DNA of 64,000 nucleotides. It comes from Phoronis australis. Taxonomy: Eukaryota; Animalia; Phoronida. The number at the start of each line of letters is the position of its first letter. Position 1 is the stretch's first letter. Position numbers and translations under genes: made by a program. This document shows positions 60,010 through 64,000 of the stretch, in pieces. The notes beneath the pieces were generated by a model. The model was not told the origin of the DNA. It did not search any database and saw only the letters and a program-made list of their open reading frames with translations. The stretch is taken from the NCBI GenBank assembly GCA_002633005.1, contig NMRA01000410.1:1-64000 (forward strand), written 5' to 3'.

Positions 60010-61746
60010 CTTAAAAAGAGCAATGCGGAGCGTTGAAATACACCCACGAATGCATTGCAAATGGTGTGCTTTTAGAGTTATTTATTTGTACCATAAAAAT
60101 GGCCACTAGATGGCGCAAAAACATACAATCCATCCAAAAACAGGAACATGCCATATTTCATAAAAATCTGTCAAGGAAGTTCAGAGAAACAAAGGAATAA
60201 AATGAAATTGCCACTAGTGGACACAGTGTACGTTGGATCTGCCTGAAAGTCGCTGTTGTCTGTTGTTATCTTCATATAAATACAGTTAATAAATTTAGTA
60301 AAGATCCTGCAGTGGTTTTAGGAGATACAACTATGGGCATAAAACAAAACTACAACTAGGAGGTGCCACAGTAGTCAGTCACCATCATCAAAGGTCGTCT
60401 TCACACTGAGAACATATATGCCAATTTTCAAATGATTTGGTTGATACAATGGTGGACACCAAAAACAAGATTTGAAAACAGCAAAAAATGGCCACTAGGT
60501 GGTGCAAAATACCTAGATTCCATCCAAAAACAGGAAGATAGCGTCAGCCCACCAATAGATGCCGCGCTAGTTTTGAACCTAACTGATATACAAGGGGTTG
60601 ACAGTTATAGTCAAAAAAGTTTATGAAAATCTGTTGAGGACCTTTGAAGATACTGAGTTAAATGTAAAAAAACTAAAATTGCCACTAGGGGGCATAGCAG
60701 TAGTCAGATCAGTCCGAAAGTCGTCATCATCTGTAGTCAACATCATATAAATACACTTGCTAAATTAAGTAAAAATCCTGTGAACGGTTTAGGAGATACA
60801 GCCATAGGCGCAACAAAAACAAAACTGCCACTAGGAGGCGCCACAGTAGTCGAAATCGTCAGAAAATCATCGTCAACCATCCTCTTTATAGTAAGCACAT
60901 ACATGCCAATTTTCACAATCATCCTTTGAGCGGTTTGGTTGATAGAGAGGTGGACGCAAAAAAAGACTCGAAAACAGTAAAAATGGCCTCTAGGTGGGGC
61001 AAACTACGTTGAATCCATCCGAAAATAAAAGGATAGCGTCACCACACTAATAGGTGCCTACATATTAAATTTCATAAAAATCCGTTAGGGACTTTTGAAG
61101 ATACAAAGGTAAACGTAAAAAAATAAAATTGCCACTAGGGGGCACACTGGTTGTAAGATCTGTCCAAAAGTCGTCGTGGTCTATTTTTAACATCATATAA
61201 ATATACTCACTAAATTTCGTAAAGATCGTGCGAACGGTTTAGGAGATACAACCATAGGCGCAAAAAAACAAAACTCCCACTAGGGGGTGCCACAGTAGTC
61301 GAAATCGTTGGAAAATCATCGTCAACCGTCCCCTTCATAGTAACCACAAACAATCATCTTTTGAGCAGAGGGGTGGACGTAAAAAAGAGACTCGAAAACA
61401 GAAAAAATGACCACTAGGTGGCACAAACAAGGTCGAATCCATCCGAAAATAGAATAGCGTAATCTCACTACTAGGTGCCTACATACCAAATTTCACGAAA
61501 ATCCGATCAAGACTTTTGAAGATACAAAGGTAAGCGGATAAAACTAAAATTGCCACTAGGGGACAAACCGAAAGTTCGCTCATGCCGTCCCATTCATGAA
61601 TGGAACATATGTGCCAAATTTCATGAACGTTTGTCAAAGGGTTTTGGAGATAGAGCAGCGGACGCCTGACGGACGCCGCCCAGACGGACGGACAGAGAAT
61701 TGACGGCATAATGCGTCCACATATAAATATGAGGGTGCATAAAAAT
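60010..61746 (+). mobile_element. Non-autonomous Helentron/HINE-like element with an internal tandem array of ~140-150 bp subunits carrying CTCF-like motifs
   Basis: Repeated CCACTAG(G/A)NGGYRC plus (c/t)aaatttca-gaaaatcc-gagata blocks; GACG/GACA microsatellite-like tract ~61660-61696; imperfect 3' hairpin atgcgtccacatat-aa-atatgagggtgcat then A-run. Confidence 0.7.
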
Positions 61747-62469
61747 TAAGCAACGTTTTGTTTAATCAAAACATTCAGTTACACTTAACATGTCATAACC
61801 ATGGTGATAATGAGAGCAAAATTTGAACATGGAATGTAATCCACAACAATCAAAGGCCTGGTGTTTTATGATTTGTAGTTTCAATGCACTGACACTGGAC
61901 TATATAAATGGCACTGCAGTAAAATGTCAACAATTTCGGACAAAAATAATTGCCAAAATTACTTTTTTTGATTACACAAGGTCCTTTAACATTGCTGTGG
62001 ATGCTTATCTTTTTTCAAAATATTTTCTAATGGTAGTACCTATGATACAGAACTTAAACATGGTACAGCATTGATTTGATGCCACACCTCGTTTGTATAA
62101 AAATGAGAAAATAAAATTTCACTTTTTACTTGTGCGCCATGTTGTGTCCTAAATTGGGGACATTTCACTGTACTACATGAATATGTACATTATCACCAAT
62201 CATGCGAAATATTCCACCTCAAAATAACTTCCAGCGACATAGTACATTAAAAAGAAATAACCGACTGACACGATCCCGTCTGAAGTTTTAGTAGATGGAG
62301 CCTAGCACGCTGATGAAAGACCTCAGGCAACATTGGCTAGTGTCCAAAAGATTTGGCTTAGTATTATTTGATTGTGTACCAACACTAAATAAAGAACAGA
62401 GCATCTCCCCTGTCTGTTCTCCCCAACAAACAAATTTCATTCCAGCAGTCACACGCATTGCTGGGCCCA

Positions 62470-63173
62470 ATAACACATGACCAATGCAGAGTGTCCAAAT
62501 GTGCATATGGCTGCACTGCAAACGGTGTGCTTCTAGTTTTTTTGGTTATAAAATTATTAGCCATTGGCACAGAATACATCCACCTTGTACGAGATTGGGA
62601 AGGCATTGTCACCTCTACAACAAAAAACTATTTGCCAAATTTCATGAAAATCCGCTACGAAACTTAGAAGATACATAGACAAACGTAAAATAAAACTAAA
62701 ATATCCACTAAGGGGACACAGCAGTAGTCAGATAAAGGTCTGAAACTCATCATCATCCATTGTCTGCTCCATTGGAACACATCTTTTAAAGTTCACTAAG
62801 ATCCTGCAAAGGGTAAGTTAAGGAGCAACATCTATAGAAGCAAAAAAATCGGTACTAAGGGGTGCCAAAGTTAAGTCGAACCTGTCCGAAAATCAATGTC
62901 AGCCAGTCTTCTCATCAAAGACATCTCTTAATTTTCACAATGATCCTTCAAGCAATTTGGCAGATAGAGGCAGTCACAAAAAATGGACTAAAAATGTCAA
63001 AAATGTCCACTAGGTAGTGCAAATATGTTACATACGAAAATCAAAAGCTGTTCTGGTCTCCATAGCAGAAGCTTATTTGCCACATTCCTTGAAAATCCAT
63101 CAAAGAACTTCGAAGATACAAACGTAAACGTAAAAAACTAAAATTGCACATATAAAATGTGGGCGCATAAAAA
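62470..63173 (+). mobile_element. Second, shorter and more decayed copy of the same HINE-like element
   Basis: 5' end caatgcagagtgt...tgcactgcaaacggtgtgctt matches 60020-60072; same subunits; 3' end cacatataaaatgtgggcgcataaaaa. Confidence 0.65.
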
Positions 63174-64000
63174 TGCTGAGCAAATACATGTAACTTTTGA
63201 CTGACTCCGGCATTTCATCCTTGTTTAGCTGTCAAAGTTCAATTCTTACCCGAAGCCGTCTTTGAGGTTTAATAATTTTACCAAGCTCATCCAAACTTGA
63301 CTAATGTGCTAGCAACTCGGGTCACACAAAATACGTTTGTGTGCCATTTTCAAATCTGCAATTTTAGGGTTGGCGAACACCAATAAATTCTGAAGCATTT
63401 CCTTGAGTTGCTGATGACTTGATGTTAATGTCGATAACCGAAATTGAATCCTATCACGGCGAGGGACCCCATGAGAGCACTTTTATGAGAGTAGAAGGCC
63501 CAATTCAATTTTCGTTGTTTAGCCAGAGATACAAGGCGAAATGCAGCTCTAAATAGAATTTAGTTAGCAGACGTTTTTATATTCTGTGAATGCTCAGAAT
63601 CTGCAGTGAGCATTTTATGAGCACCTTACTGTTTTTTGCACTGTATTGCGAGTGTGCAATAAAAAGAGTTCCATTCCATATGCTGTGTCAGCATCCCAAC
63701 ACAATATTGAAGACAGGTGACCTATTTGTTTAACTGCTGGGACAGCTATGAATAATTTGATCAATTCCTCACAATAGAATTGCCATGGTTTCCATGTGAA
63801 AATTGATGAAAATCATCCCATGTATTTTTCAAGCAAATTTGTACCAGGGAAAATTGTAGCAGTCAGACACGAATGTGATGAAATTCTGACTCCTTTGTGG
63901 TTCCACCAAATTTCGATGAATTAATACCGGGGAAAAATTAGTCATGACCTACGTGGTTTTTTTGACTGAATAAAAATTCATTGTTATTTGTATCATAAAG

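Overview
Eukaryotic (animal) genomic scaffold, AT-rich, with N-gaps; repeat content and protein similarity suggest a marine invertebrate bilaterian, probably a deuterostome (inference). Two complete, convergently transcribed intron-containing genes were reconstructed by hand from GT-AG junctions and reading-frame phase. DCAF11/WDR23 (+ strand, 17 coding exons, 8492-31008, 536 aa) encodes a WD40 substrate receptor of the CUL4-DDB1 ligase. HNF4 (NR2A nuclear receptor, - strand, 7 coding exons, 48894-37570, 527 aa) includes a short first exon missed by the ORF track. Introns and flanks are full of MITEs, a mariner fragment, a Tx1/L1-like LINE remnant, SINE fragments and mini/microsatellites. The most unusual signal is at 60.0-63.2 kb: two copies of a Helentron/HINE-like non-autonomous element whose ~140-150 bp subunits each carry a CTCF-consensus motif, giving about 14 co-oriented sites 11-14 kb upstream of HNF4. 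Other signals: a second ~140-bp-unit composite element with paired GCCAGAC motifs, a degenerate type I hammerhead core in a hairpin-rich block just upstream of the DCAF11 promoter, a triplicated splice-acceptor region in HNF4 intron 1, and remnants of a duplicated, decayed coding sequence. No prokaryotic-type systems (CRISPR, operons) are present. All homology calls are from memory of the families, not from database searches.
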